Assembly: GCA_013239625.1 (NCBI GenBank)
Contig: MU054098.1
Span: 186,001 to 250,000, forward strand
Source: Lama guanicoe
Lineage: Eukaryota
Length of the DNA stretch: 64,000 nucleotides
Reading direction: 5' to 3'
Positions 10,591 through 23,890 of the stretch are shown piece by piece (within the stretch, counting starts at the first letter, position 1; each line of letters begins with the position of its first letter). The translations under genes and the position numbers were made by a program. The notes below the pieces were generated by a model. The model searched no databases, was not told where the DNA came from, and was given only the letters and a program-made list of their open reading frames with translations.

Positions 10591-10915
10591 AGCACAATAG
10601 CTCCATCAATGTAAAAGATACAGGATTTATAAATTCATGTTATCTCAACCAAATACTTCCCTAAATTGGTTCTATATGATTATTAAAATTTAGCCCACTG
10701 TCAGCTACTCATCAAATGTCAATCCAGTTTGTTCTGTTACTTCTGATAATAAAATCACCAAGTCAGCTGGAATTGATGACTAGAAAAGGATTTTTCCATA
10801 ATGATAGTCAAAGTTCATTCAGCCCCCAAATCTCAATCATACTGAGTGATCCACTATTTTGAATATTATACAGAGTTTGTGTTTTGTTCTTCTTCCTTTT
10901 GGGTAGGCATAACAT
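10591..10915 (-). pseudogene. sGC-like relic: first H-NOX domain, N-terminal part
   Basis: LYNIQ..MIEIWG; KSFSSHQ (cf. PSFSVHQ); LVILLSEVTEQTGLTFDE*LTVG; VFG*D / HEFIN / LYLLH (cf. VLGRHMRDFLNGLDNLH). His codon at 10611-10609. In-frame ATG at 10915; possible donor gttagt at 10590. Confidence 0.6.
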
Positions 10916-11629
10916 GAGAAAGAGCTTTAATTTCTATAATGATAGAGGAAGAAGAGATTTTTCTTTATAAAGGTAGAACGTGGTATATGGTTATCTTTTC
11001 CTTTCTTTTAGGAAATCAATACCACAGACTGATGTACAGTTTAAAACCTTGATGACGACTAAAGAATAGCCACTCAAAAGAAATCACAAGTTCTAACTTC
11101 ACTTACAGTTCTAACTTGCTCTATGTTGCTGAATCTTGATTTTCTTCCCTTAGCTGTGGAAGGAAGAAAAACTTGAACTATTTTTTTTTAACTAATGCCT
11201 TCAAAAGTGATGGTGATTAAAACTCTGATTTTACTTAGTAGCGGTTTCTATATGTTCACCATTTCTCACAGAAGACTAAAAGAAATTTGATATGAAAATT
11301 TAAAGTAGACACACCAAGAAAGATTCATCAGAAACTCGAATACCCAAACTTCAACAGCAATAACAGAAAAAACCCAAAGAAATTGAGTATTATTCATTTG
11401 AGTAGCTACAACCTCTCCCTGAGTGGAAACATTTGCAGTTAGATCTCATGAAGACAATGTAAAGTTTGTATCTTATAATTCAGTGATCCTCAAATTTTAG
11501 TTGTGCATAATAGTCACCCCAAAATTTGTCATAATGCAGATTCCAGATCCACATCACTGAAGGCTCTGATGTAAAAACCAGGATTTGAAATTGGGATCTA
11601 GCTCTGTCCTCAAAAGGTAGTTTCTAAGT

Positions 11630-12110
11630 TTTAAAAAAATTTGAGATAAAATTCACAAACTCACCTGTTTAAAGTGTACAATTCAAAGTTTTTTTAGTAT
11701 ATTCACAGAGTTGTGCAACCATCATCACAATCTCATTTGAATATTTTCATCACCCCAAAAGAGTACCTGTTACCTATGTGTACTCGCTCTTTATTCACCC
11801 CTTCCCCCAGCCCCTGGCAAACATTAATCTACTTTCTGTCTCTATAGATTTGCCTATTCTGTACATTTCATATAAATAGGATCATACAATATGTGTCCTT
11901 TGTGTCTCGCTTCTTTCACTTAGTGTAGTGCTTAAGGTTCATCCACGTTATAGCATTCTTGTAAGTGCCAAATAATATTTCATTGTGTGGATACACCACA
12001 TTTTGTTTATCCATTCATCAGTTGATGGAAATTTGGGTTGTTTCCATTTGTTGACTATTATGCTGCTATGAATATTCATGTTCAAGTTTCTGTATGGACA
12101 TCGTTTCTAA
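11630..12110 (-). mobile_element. Old L1M 3' fragment
   Basis: ttaaagtgtacaattc...tttgcctattctgtacatttcatataaatagg...tttatccattcatcagttgatgg. Confidence 0.8.
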
Positions 12111-13259
12111 GTGTTCCACTTTTTTAAACTAGAAAGCTGTATTAAATTAGAGAAACATTTCTCGTCAAATACTCTTGTCACTAGCTATTACTGGGCCATA
12201 AGAAAATGACTGGAGTGACCTGTTAAAACATTGGCTTGTGACTGGTGAGGGTTAAACTCTTTCAGAGGAACTTTGATGATAGAATAGTTCACATTCTGTG
12301 GCAGCTGGAAAAGACAAAACAGAGACAAAGAAGGAATGCAACTTTTTACCCTCATTAATATAAAAAATATAGAAATGAGTGACTGTAAGAAGCAAACCAG
12401 ACCTCCATAAAATGTCTGATCTCATCTGCCTTCTGACCTAGTAAATAGCATAGTTTATTATAGTACTTTTAAAGCAATAGTAGAATATTCAAATGCAGTT
12501 AACTAGTTTATTGTGTTAGAAACATATCAAAATGCTTAAGAGGAAACTGATTCCTTAGAGTAAGAAGTGAACCTAAAAATAAAATAGAAGAGAAATGCTG
12601 TTATTACCCTCCCCCACCCCCCTCTCCTGCACATCCTGAAAATACAGTGTGCAATTCACACAAGGTCTAAGCCACACTGTGCCTTTTTTTTTTCACTCTG
12701 CCCTTCAGCTCTTCCTTGTGTCATCTGTGGAGTCTAGGCACACCCCTCTAGGTCAAGCCAGGTTTAGCTCTTCCACCTTTTAAACATCCCCTTAAATGCG
12801 TGAATGGACTAAATCTGTGATGGGAGTCCAAATAGATTTTAACCCACATAAATTTCAGTCCTAGAATGACTTAATCACCAGGAACTTAGGCTTTATTATT
12901 TCTCCTATAATTAAAAAACCGATGAGTTTAATTTATTGGGGCCTCGTCCAACCATGCTTCATAAGTAGCCACAAAAGTCAATCGTTTTTAAATCACTCTT
13001 TCTCTGAGCTTCCTTAATCCAAGACAGCCAGCCAGATTAACTGTGAACAAACTTTGATGTAGTTGTCAAAAAATTAATTTTTTAAAATATATCGTTTTGA
13101 GTAATATTGACAAATCTTTAGGTTTTCTTACAAGCCTGGTCATATAGTTCTTTTATAGGCAAAAGTAGGGTATGGAGAATCTAAGTTTTCTTCAACTTAT
13201 GAGAAACTAGTAATAAGGAAGAAAATAGCTGTTGATTTCTCGATCGAATAATCAGCAGC

Positions 13260-16200
13260 ACTATGCCAAAGGAAGCAGACGTTCTCCTTGCCCCAGAGAG
13301 CCAATATTCTTGCTGAGGAAAGCAAGACAGATCACATGAAGGAATTTGAGAATACCATAATATATTATATTATCTCTGCCAAAGGAATTCAGACACAAGA
13401 GAGATAAATGTGGGCTCAAGTAGTTAAAGGTGACATCATGGATAAAGTAAGACTTAAGCTGGGTCTGAAGTTTGGGGAGGATTTGATCAGAATAAGAGTA
13501 TTTCTGGCATGGGCAACAGTGTGAACAAAGGCTGAGCTGAAATATTTACTATAACGTGGAGTGGGGGACACATGCTTAGAAACATATGAGAAACAAGACT
13601 ATATAAAGTGGATGGTCAGATTATGGTGAGTCTTAGAAATTAGGCAGACATCCAGAAGTTCTTCTGTCGAAACTGGGAGCGCCTCATTAGAGCTGGGTGT
13701 GTCCATTGGATTTTATTCAAAGAGAACTGCCTGACTGACCATTAAAGAAGTAGAGACCAAGAGTGGGGATATAGGGAATAGGGTGGATAAGAAACGTGCA
13801 GATGTGGCCAAGTCAATTCAAATAATAATTACCAAGTGCCTATTGTGCACATTCCAGACACTGGTTTGGATGCTTCAGGGGTTATCAGGATGAACAAGAG
13901 TTCCAGATCTCCTGGAGTTTATAGCCCAGACATGCACATTACTATGATACCAGGAAGAAAGTAATGTTTTAAGTACAAAGAACAACAGGGGCACAGAACA
14001 AGCATGAATTCTACCTGGGTAAGAGACAAAGTGGCATTTCAATTTGACATTAAAATATTAGGCTTTTAGCACTGATTAGGGGAGTGTGTTTGCTCAAGGT
14101 AGAGGAACCAACAGGGGCAACAGAATGAAGTAGGATGCTTTGGAAAAGGCAAGAAATTCAGGAAGTCAGGAAACTAGGGTGAACAGAAAAACAGTATAGG
14201 GCTGTGCTAAAGCTGAAATGGTTGGTTAGGGCCAGAGGGAAGGAAGAAAGAAAGAGGAATTTGGACTGAGCACAGGATTTGTAGCCTCTGTGAGTTCTTG
14301 AGGGGAGAGTGAATTGATGTTCTCATATTTATTGAATCTGCTGTATGAAAACCCCCAGGCCATGACAGGACTGTGTATGAGTGACTGGTCTGGCAGCAGT
14401 ATACAAAACAGATCTGAAAGTGGACGATATGAGGTCAGGATGGTCAACTAGGAAGAAGTCTATTATAGTAGTTAAGGGTAGAGGGATGAGGGCAGAATAA
14501 TGGAAGGGGAAAAAGAGAGGAATCAATACATGAGACACATTTCAAAGGAAGTTATATAATCCTTGCTGGCTAACTGTGTACCTGGATGGTATAAAGTAGA
14601 TGAGGGAGCTAGAGATGCCTGATGTATGGAGTCCCAGTGGTGAAGAGTCTTGGTTTTAACTGGCAAATACAGAAATTATATTATAAGAATAAACTGAATC
14701 ACAGTGGTTGAGTGCTATGGTTTTCATAGTTCATCTGAGGTATTAGGTGACCAGTACTCCACTGGCTTACTTAGATTGAAATGTGGATCCGGGAGATATT
14801 TGAAGCCATGAGATTTAAATGAGCTGGAGAATGGAGGAAGGAGGGACACAAACATTTCTGAATACCTATTATCTTTCAGATGATGAATGTGAAGAAAAAA
14901 CAGTAAGGAACAGAGTCTTGGGAAAAGTCCAAAGTTAAGGGACAAGAAAGGGGTCAACAATAAGGACTAGAAATTCTCAAAAATGTAGAATGGGAATATA
15001 ATATGCACACAATGCTATCTCTGAAAACAGAGACTTATTTTGAGAAGACAGGGAAGGATCAAAGAGTTTGAATATTCAAAAAGACTAAAAATAAAAATAA
15101 AAGTCTTGCATTTGGTAAAGATCCTTGGTGACATTTAATTCAGTTCTATTCCACAAATATTTCTTATACATCTGCTGTGTACTTAGTCCCAGAGGCCTGG
15201 AAACACCCTCATGGAGATTGGGGTCTGGAAGAAGATAAGTAAATTGTCAATTATAAGATAATCTGTTAAGTTCAACCCAGGGAAGTCATAGGGTATTAAT
15301 GTAGCACATAAAGAGGGCCACTTATCCCAGACTTGAGGGGGCTGGAAAGCTTTTTAGAGGAAGGGATGTTTGAACTGGGACCTACAGGACAAGTTGGAAT
15401 TAGCTAAATGAGAAGCAAGGGGGTGATCCAAGCAGCAAACACCTGATGTGGTGATCCAGAGAGAAAAGAAAGTACAGCCACTCAAGCAACTGAAAGAAGT
15501 AGTGGTCTAAATGGGTGATTTTATACAGATATTGTTGAAGAGGTAAACAGGGCCCAGCTAATGACGACTGTTACAGAACTATGCTAAAGACTTTAAGTTC
15601 AACCCAAATTGGAATTGGGAATGTGCTGAAGGGTTTAAGCAAGAGAATGATATAATCTAATTTGAGTTTTAGAAAGATCCCTCTGTGCACAGTGGCAAGA
15701 TCAAGGTCAGGTTGACTAAGCAGGAGGGTGTTATAGCAATTTAGGAGAGAGATGATGGTGTCAGTAGAGACAGAGAGGAGTACGTGGACTTAATACATAT
15801 ATGAGGTAGAAATGACAGTTCTTGGTAATTAGTTGGTAGTGGGAGGTTTTAGGAGAGAAAAGAGCCAAGAACGACATCAAGATTTTTGGCTTGGACAACT
15901 GAGTAAATGCTGATATAGGAAACGTTTGCTGAGGAGGAGTTTTGAGAATAGAATATAATGGGTTCAGGTTTGTTCATGGTGATTTTGAGGTACCCCACTG
16001 GACATCCTAGTGGAGGTATATAGTAGGTAGTCAGCTAATGGATCTCAAGTTCAGGAGAGAGATTTAATTCAGAGATCGAGATTTTGGGGACAACAACGAG
16101 TAATTGGTAGTTGAATCCATGAGATAAAATGAGATTTCCCTGGGGGAGGGGAGGGGAGGGCGGGTTGGTGCTGAGTGAGAAGAGAAGATGTCTGAGGACA

Positions 16201-16300
16201 GAACACTGTGTGATGCAAAAGTTTCAGGGCTGGGCAAGCGAGGAAGATTCGACAAGAAACTGAGAAGGTAGTGTATGTGTGTGGCTCAGCAAAGAAATAG
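13260..16300 (-). mobile_element. Cluster of old L2 fragments
   Basis: Purine-rich antisense L2 motifs, e.g. ttttagaaagatccctctg, ttcaggtttgttcatggtgattttgagg, caaatatttcttata..ctgctgtgtact. Boundaries approximate. Confidence 0.65.
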
Positions 16301-17045
16301 GACTACTTTCAGAAGTCAGTAGCAAAAAAAAAAAAGACTAATTTCAAAAGTCAATAGCAAAAGCCTTTTCTATTGGAGGAAACCTATCTTATTTGATGAT
16401 GGGGGAAAAGGAGTCAATGGAGAGGAATAGAGAAGATTTGGCTAAAGAATAGATAAATACTAGAGCATGGGAACAGAGTAATAAAGGAGTGAAGACTCAG
16501 AGGAGACACCCTTCTTCCTTTAATAAGAGCAAGAATGACAGGAGAAGGAGACTTGAGAGAGGAGATGTGCTCTGTAATTTAATCAGTGAAGTGGGAGTTG
16601 AGGTTCCTGCAGAGCATGTGTGTCAGGAGAGGGGAAATTGATGGAAGAAAAGATTGTGCCTTAAATGCCTTAAAGTTGCAAATGACACCATTCCTGACAA
16701 ATATTCACCTGTAATTTAGCTATTTTTTAGTAGCTTGTGAATGTTTAAGTGGTTGAATAACACCTCAATAAATCTAAAAGAACTTACAGTTGCAGGACTA
16801 GTAGGTGCAAGAGATGTGAAGCAGCCAAGTGATATTTTCTGTTTCTCTAGCAGAGTGAGACTGGTTGACACAGCCGAAAAGTGTAAGTCTAAGAGGCTGT
16901 TCTCAGGTGGAATTCAATATACTGACACAATTTTAAGATTCAGCATCGATAAGAGTTCTAACTTTGATATAGTATTAACAATTATAATAGCTACCAATTA
17001 ATGAGTGCCTACTGTATTCCAGGTCTGACACTCGTTCGTTTATAG

Positions 17046-17291
17046 CAAGTGATTCTCAACCAGGGACATGTATTTTACACTCATGTCCCTCCCTCCAGTC
17101 CCAGCCCTGGCCCCATCCTAGGGACTTTTGGCAATGTCTGGAGACATTTTTGGTTGTCACAGCTTGCAGGGGTACCTGTGGGTAGAGACCAGCGACGCTG
17201 CTGCATATCTTGTGATACTCAGGACAGGTTCCCACAACAAAGCATCATGCCCCCCCAAAATGTCAAAACTGCCAAGGCTGAGAAACTCTGC
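17046..17291. mobile_element. MER20 inserted into a minus-strand MIR (about 16990-17470)
   Basis: gtgattctcaaccaggg...tttggcaatgtctggagacatttttggttgtcac...ctgagaaactctg, with MIR halves on both sides. Confidence 0.8.
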
Positions 17292-18207
17292 TTTCTATTT
17301 ATTATTTTGTGTAGTTCTCACCACAATCCAACAAGGGAGGTATAGTTTTCTCTAATATATGACATAGAATTGAGGAGGTTAGATAATTCACCCATGGTCA
17401 CATCACATGTTCCTAAGAAGCACAAGATTTTGAACCTATCTGCCTGATTCCAAAGTCAATTTTTAACCGCTAGAAACCTTGCCATTTCATTCTCAAGATG
17501 CACAGACTACCACAAAACCCTTATATCCCTTAAGTTTTTCTGAAACTTCACTTGTTACTACACTAAAATCTGCACTCCTCCTAAGTTTACCAAAGGTCCA
17601 TCTGTCAACTCTAACCTTTCCTCTTGAGAACAACAGAACAGCTTTGTTCTTTAGAAAGTAGACTCGAGGCAGGTGCATGAGACGTATACGTGACAGCATG
17701 ACATGTTTTGCCTCTTGTGGCTATCCTCGAATTGAAAAGAGTTTTCATATGATGGCCAGTTGTAGATCCATTCTCACATTCTAGTCAACAGCCACATGAC
17801 GAGGTGGATTCTTTCTAGGCCTTGGATTACAACTGGAATTCTGTGCCGATACCATGCATCACGCAAGCTACTCAAGTACCTCGTGAGAATCCCTTAGATG
17901 GGAGCCAAACTCTAACCAAGGTACACAAGCCCAGGTTAAGAAGTCCTTAGTGACTGTGGAGCTCTGGTGGTGGTTTTCGGTTTGTTTGTTTTGTTTTGTT
18001 TTTGCTACTGTTGAGCCACTGTGACAGTGAACTCCTTTATATGACTGTGCCAACTAAATAAAACAGAATAAGTTCAATTCTCCCTAGAAAGGGGTAGATT
18101 TTTGCAAACAACTTAGCCTCCCTGTTGAACATTCCCCCAATTTGTGTTTCTCAGAATGTGTGTGTGCGAATAATTGTATGGTTCATATCCTCTTATCCTA
18201 TGTATTT

Positions 18208-18318
18208 AGAGTGACCTACTCATCCTGGTTTTCTCAGTATTGCTCGATTTTAAAACTGAAATCCCATATCCTGGGAACCCCTTCAGTTCTCAGGCAACAG
18301 TGATGTTGGTTGCCCTAG
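18208..18318. mobile_element. MER94/MER81-like hAT-Blackjack MITE
   Basis: Inverted ends agagtgacctactcatcctggttt ... gttggttgccct. Confidence 0.6.
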
Positions 18319-18582
18319 ATAAATCCCAAAGTTTACTAATTTATGCTAGAAAATAAAACTAATATTACCATTAGTTGAGGTTTGATCACAAAAAGGTTTG
18401 TTGTCACGATTCAGCTTGGTAAATATTGATCATCATTTTGGGCCCTTACTTGTTCTTTCAAAGATGATTTTTGAAAGAGGAAAAATTCAATCAAACCCTG
18501 ATATTACACCACCAGGTTGCTGGTGGGATCTCTTTATAGGATGCCATTTGCGAGAATGCAAAAAGAATGTCACACTATAACA

Positions 18583-18760
18583 CAGCTGTTGTCAATTCTC
18601 GCTGCATATTAAAGTCACCTAGGGGAGCTTCAAAAACTGGCTGCCCAGGATGCACACAACACCAATTAAATCAGAATCTCCTGGGGTGGAGCCCAGGCAT
18701 CAGTGTTTTTTAAAGTACCTCCAGCGATTATAACATACAGGCAAGGCTGAGAACCCCTGC
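18583..18760. mobile_element. MER5A
   Basis: gtcacctaggggagctt...aatcagaatctcctggggtggagcccaggcatcag...gctgagaacccctg. Confidence 0.8.
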
Positions 18761-20271
18761 TGTAGCATGATGCTCCCCTTTTCTTCACTGTGAATGTGGC
18801 TGGGCTCCTGAGAGACGGAGCTATGAGCTGTTATGCTGCATGATTGAAGGATCCTAGCAGGGTCTCTGCGGCCTCTCCTTCTCCACCACATGTTACATTA
18901 TCCATGATGCCGCCACTGAAGACCAAACATCTTTCTCTTGAGACATAATAAGAAAGTAGGCAGGAGCAAAAAACAGTAAGTATTAGGTTTTGAAAGGATT
19001 TTCTGTCTTTGAGAGCCCTGAATTCAACTGTTTGGAAATGCTCACCTACCCTTATATTTGTGTCTGTCCCAAAAGATGAAAGATGACAGGAGGAGAGGCG
19101 TTGTAAATTACAAAGTGTTACCATGGGCAGGACCAATACCTAAAGTAAACGTGCTTTTATAAGTGGGTTGGGTCAGCCCAAGGCCCCAAGAGAATTGGGC
19201 ACTTGGGGTTGAGAAAGCTAAGGAGAAGAGGATGGGTTCTGCATGGGAAGACAAGAGGGGAGCAACCAAAACCTCACCTGTATCACAAGGGTAATTAAAA
19301 GATGAGACTTGGAAATGAGATCAGGCCATAAACACAATCTAAAAGATCCAGGGGACTCTGTATGGCCAATTATTCCTAGGTGGCCTATTTTAGAGGATAA
19401 AACTAGGTTTATGTTCACCTCACTTTCTACTTTTTCAATAACATTAGAGTGAGTGGAACAGGAATAGAAAAAGGAGGACTCCAAAACATTCATCTCTTAA
19501 AGTAAACGAGCTCATATTGACTTGTCTGGATCATAAGAAATGGCAAGAAATAGTTTTCCATTCTTCACCTCTCAGATTTGATAAGGTTTGAGTAGTGACT
19601 GGAGCCAGGAAATTCTGCTTAGCACCTTACAGATGACACCACTAAGATGGTTACTCTACCTTAGAAAGCCATCCCCAAACTACCTTCCCCAACAGTATTC
19701 CAGGTGCCTAAAATCCTGTCATGAGAAATACCTTCCTTCAAGTATTGAAAACTGGTTGGTATTAAAGAAGTTCTTGTTACTTGAGATAGGTAACATCTCA
19801 GAATAGGAATGCCTAGCCGGAAAACAATATCCTGGCTTCATTTGCTAGAGCTCTAAGATGGCTGCCATGCCCAGCCATGCCCATCAGCCATGCCCAGCTA
19901 TTTTGCACTTTCCAGCTTCTCGCACCTCCCTTCCTCTATCTCTTCTTCCCCTTTATCTGTCTCTCCCTCTTTTACACACATACGCACAAAATTGTTGGAA
20001 ACCCCTAGTTTAAACCTTATCAGCCAAGACCTCGTCTGTGATTACTTGACAGCTAGCTGAGAGCAAGAGAGGTATTTGGGAGGAGGGAGCAGATACTATG
20101 AAAGAAAAACTAGGGAATGGAACTAAGTAACACTGACTATATCCTGGGCCATTGATTTTTTCCAATGGAAGAAACAGGTTAGGAGTCAAGGGTCACATAT
20201 ACAAATAAAGATCAGTTAGGCAGCCATGTATAACCTTTAGTTTCAAGAACAAAGTCTTTTAATTGAATTTC

Positions 20272-20272
<1 letters not shown>

Positions 20273-20311
<39 letters not shown>
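20273..20311. repeat. (TG)n microsatellite
   Basis: Uninterrupted TG run. Confidence 0.95.
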
Positions 20312-20312
<1 letters not shown>

Positions 20313-21374
20313 TGTGTTGAAGGGTGGGGGAGGGTCACCTGAAGTATATCATGTAATTGAGCTGTTCCATACCTCTTTACCCAAGGGGCAATAATCAGAT
20401 CTGAAGAATACCGTTGAGCTGTCTGTGCTATTAAACTAAAGGAAAATTCCATTTTTATCATCTCTGAATGATAAAGCTCAACATTCCTAAAATAGTTAGT
20501 TTAAAGCAACAAAAGTCTAAATCTTTCTCAAATTCATAAAACAAATAAAATTGGAAACATACAGAGTCCCAGTTGAGCATTTAGATGGATCTGCAGCTAT
20601 GCAAGATATCATTCAGGAAGAGTTAAAACACAAAAGTTGGACTTGAAAGGATGTCACTTTTATGGGAAACTTACTGATAAAATTAGAACTGATATGTCAT
20701 AAAATATGGTGTGTTCATCTTTAACAGAAAAAATATAGAATCCAAGTAAACAGTAATCCTTTTCAAATATTGGTAGTTTTAAGGAATGTAAAGTAATAGC
20801 ATAAACGTTTTTGGTGCTGGAACAAGAAATAGGGGGAAGACCAACTTCATATCTAGCCCCAAATAATTCATTTGGTTTCATTGGTTTTATCAGGAATGTT
20901 GGTTAGTAAGCGTGCTGAGAGTGAGGATTTAGAGAAAAAATGTGCTGTGTCTATAGAGAGTAAAATGCTGAGTGGGTTTGATTCAAAATTCAGCACAAGC
21001 CAGGAAAAAGATTTTGCAAAACTCTGGCCCCTGTTGCTCACACATGGCTGAGGCTGTGTGTAAGTCGCACATTCAGTAGCTGCATTTGGTTTTCAAAGAA
21101 CAGGGGCATTTTCTCAGCCTACACTTCTCATTAAGTTCCAAACACTTCCCTAGGATATGAAACCTCCCCTTTCTCTTTCACCCCTCCTAGTAAAGCCAGC
21201 TTGTTCAGACAATACTGAAAGAGGCTGCTCTTTGGTGCTCAAACAGGATGTTCCATTGATATATCTTGCTGGGACAGCCCATAAGTAGTTCGTCTGTTGG
21301 TGTCTCACACAAATGTCAACTGTTTCTACCCAGACTGAATTAAATGTTTTATATAAAAGCTGTGTGATGTTTTC

Positions 21375-22650
21375 AGCATTCACTCAAGAATTCGTTGAAT
21401 ATGTAGTCTGTGCAAGGTACTAGGATGAGCCCTGGAACAGGAAGGGGGAGGGGGGAAAGAGGAGCGGCTAGAGGAAGTATTGGGGAGAGAAAAAGATGAA
21501 CAAGCTGTAGCATCAGCCTTTAATGATAATAGCTAATATGTGCTGTACAGTTACTCTGTGCTAACGGCTTTACATGAATTGGACAATTTAAACTTTACAA
21601 CTATACTGTATACCCCCTTTCACAGATGAAGAAACCGAGACTCAGAGGTTAAGCCCGAAGTCACACAGCTAGTGATGGGATTAAGGTTTGAGCCTGGTTG
21701 ATTTGACTCCAAAACCAGAGTGTGTAACCGCTATGCTCTAGTGTCTTCAAGGACTTCGCGTCTGGTAAGGGGAAGAAACAAACACAGTGACCTCTAGTAA
21801 AAGGCACCATATGATGTGCCACAAAAGATCAAGCAAACTGCTGTGGGAGTACAGAGTCAGGAGGAATTAATTTCTGGGAAGACTTTATGGAGGAAGCAAA
21901 AATTGAACTGGGCCTTAGATGAAAAGTAGGATTTTGGTAGGTGGCAACGAGGGAAAGGGTATTTTAGGTAAAAGAGTTAAATCACAGAATGACAGGTACA
22001 GTGTAACTGGGGCATTACATGCATCACAGAATACAGGGTCACCATTAAAAGGCTGTAAAGGTTGGCACCCCATTGTCATGTACCTTGAATACCAAGTCAA
22101 GAAGTCAGGATTTTATTATTTCCATGATAGGCCATGGAAAGTCAATAACGGTTTTTGCACAGACAAGTGATATGGTCAGATCTGTGACTTGGAGTTTTGG
22201 TGGCAGCATCAATAATGGAAGGGGTGTCAAATGTATTAAAGGCCAATGACCAGTCGTGTGACTAGAGATATGGTCTAGGTGACGGATGGAGAAGAGCCTG
22301 AAGCAGGACGTTTTCATGGGCAAAGGGGTGGAAGCAGCCAACTGGAAACACAGCTGGTAAACTCGGGACTTGGAAACTGAGTGTGAGGGAGAGGGATCGT
22401 TTCAAGAGGATACTAATATTTCCAGCCTGATCGACTAGATAGCTTATCGTACCCCTGGCTAAGACAGGGGGTGCAGGACGGAGTCAATTTGGAGGGCAGG
22501 GGAGATCATGAATTAGGTGATTCACATGGGGCTATACAGCAGGCAGTTGTTAGTCATATCTGAAGCTCAGGGAAGAGGCAAGAATACAGATTTGAGAGTC
22601 ACCCAGAAAGAGAATGTAATCTAAAGAGAGGATAAGACTAGCCAGAGAGA
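21375..22650 (-). mobile_element. L2 fragments with a nested MIR (about 21525-21745)
   Basis: Antisense L2 tail (cattcactcaagaattcgttgaatat...) and MIR core (cacagatgaagaaaccgagactcagagg). Confidence 0.65.
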
Positions 22651-22899
22651 ATATTGTTAAATAGGAACACAATTTCTGGCACTAGGATAAGTGTGTAGAG
22701 AAATCCCTCCCAATAAAGCACGCCCGCCAAGAGCAGCGCCCGACAGAGCAGGCACAGTGTGAGGGGCGTGGGGTCGGGGGGGTGGCTGGCAGAAAATATT
22801 TTAAATGTTGTTTTTAAAGTGACGCTGAGCTGCAGTTACGTGAAGGAAACAATCAGAGGAAGCAATAAAGCCTGATTTTTTTTAGAGGTAATCAAGCCA

Positions 22900-23890
22900 G
22901 AGTTTATCTTGGGAGTATCTGCTTATCCCTGGTGGTGTAGAGTTGGTATTAAGAGACCATGTCGTAGGGCCAGAGACAGGAGATAAAGTCTGAGACCCAA
23001 GCAAAGTAGGTGGGCTGACTGGAGACCCTGTCAAAAAGCCAAAATCCCCTAAGGGTGACTCCGTCAGTGACTGACCTAAAATACCCCCTTCTCTATATAA
23101 GATACTACCTAACCTAGGGATTAGGCAGGGGAATTTGGAGAAAAGCTATTTCCCCTGAGAATTCTAATTCACATATCGATGTTCAACCACTTTGGGGAGC
23201 AGAATACTATGTTTGTGTCTTCACAACCACCAAACAGAAATATTAGTTTATAGTGGTCCTTGGTTGATAGTGTCTCTAGGCACATGGCAGTAGTAAATAA
23301 TAAAAATTTTCTCTGGAAGAATTTTAAAATAGCCTCAAAGAATTCCCACAGATAAAACTCTAAAGAACATGAGTTCACAATGAAAAAATATCACTAAACC
23401 TACAAAGAAATAAGCCACTATGAGTCACAGTCTACAGAAACACAAAGACTGAAGATATAAAAATTATAAGATATTGAATATAACACACATGTGTTTGATA
23501 TGCTAAAAGACAAGGAAATTTAAAGATGATTGAGAAATAAATTATGGACGCTGAGCAGAAGATTTGGGAAAAAGCACCAAATGGAACTCTGAGAAATAAA
23601 AAAACATAATAATTTAAGTACAAGATAAAACCTCCTTTGATGTATTAAACAGAGAGCCAGAGAGAATTTGTGAATTGGAAAACAGGTCAGGTGATATTAC
23701 CCAGTAAGAAGCACAAAGAGACAAAGATATGAAAAATGTCTGAACGAGGTTAAAACACTGAAGATGGCATAAGAAAGTTGAAATACATCTTAATGAAGTT
23801 TAAAAAAGCAACAGTAGAAAGAACATTAAAGGAATGATATATTCAAAGAGATACAGTGCTAATATTTTTAGAGATTTAGTAAAAATGAAG
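22900..23890 (+). mobile_element. Old L1M 5'/ORF1-region fragment
   Basis: A-rich decayed ORF1-like sequence (gtgaattggaaaacaggtcag..gcacaaagagacaaagatatgaaaaat). Confidence 0.5.

Larger units (their letters stand above)
480..10915 (-). pseudogene. Candidate decayed multi-exon pseudogene of a soluble guanylate cyclase-like gene (2x H-NOX, PAS/HNOBA, coiled coil, cyclase)
   Basis: About 10 minus-strand segments translate, with stops and frameshifts, into motifs resembling GUCY1B1/Gyc-88E-type sGC in colinear N-to-C order. Several are bounded by AG/GT splice signals. Manual comparison from memory; no search run. Confidence 0.7.
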
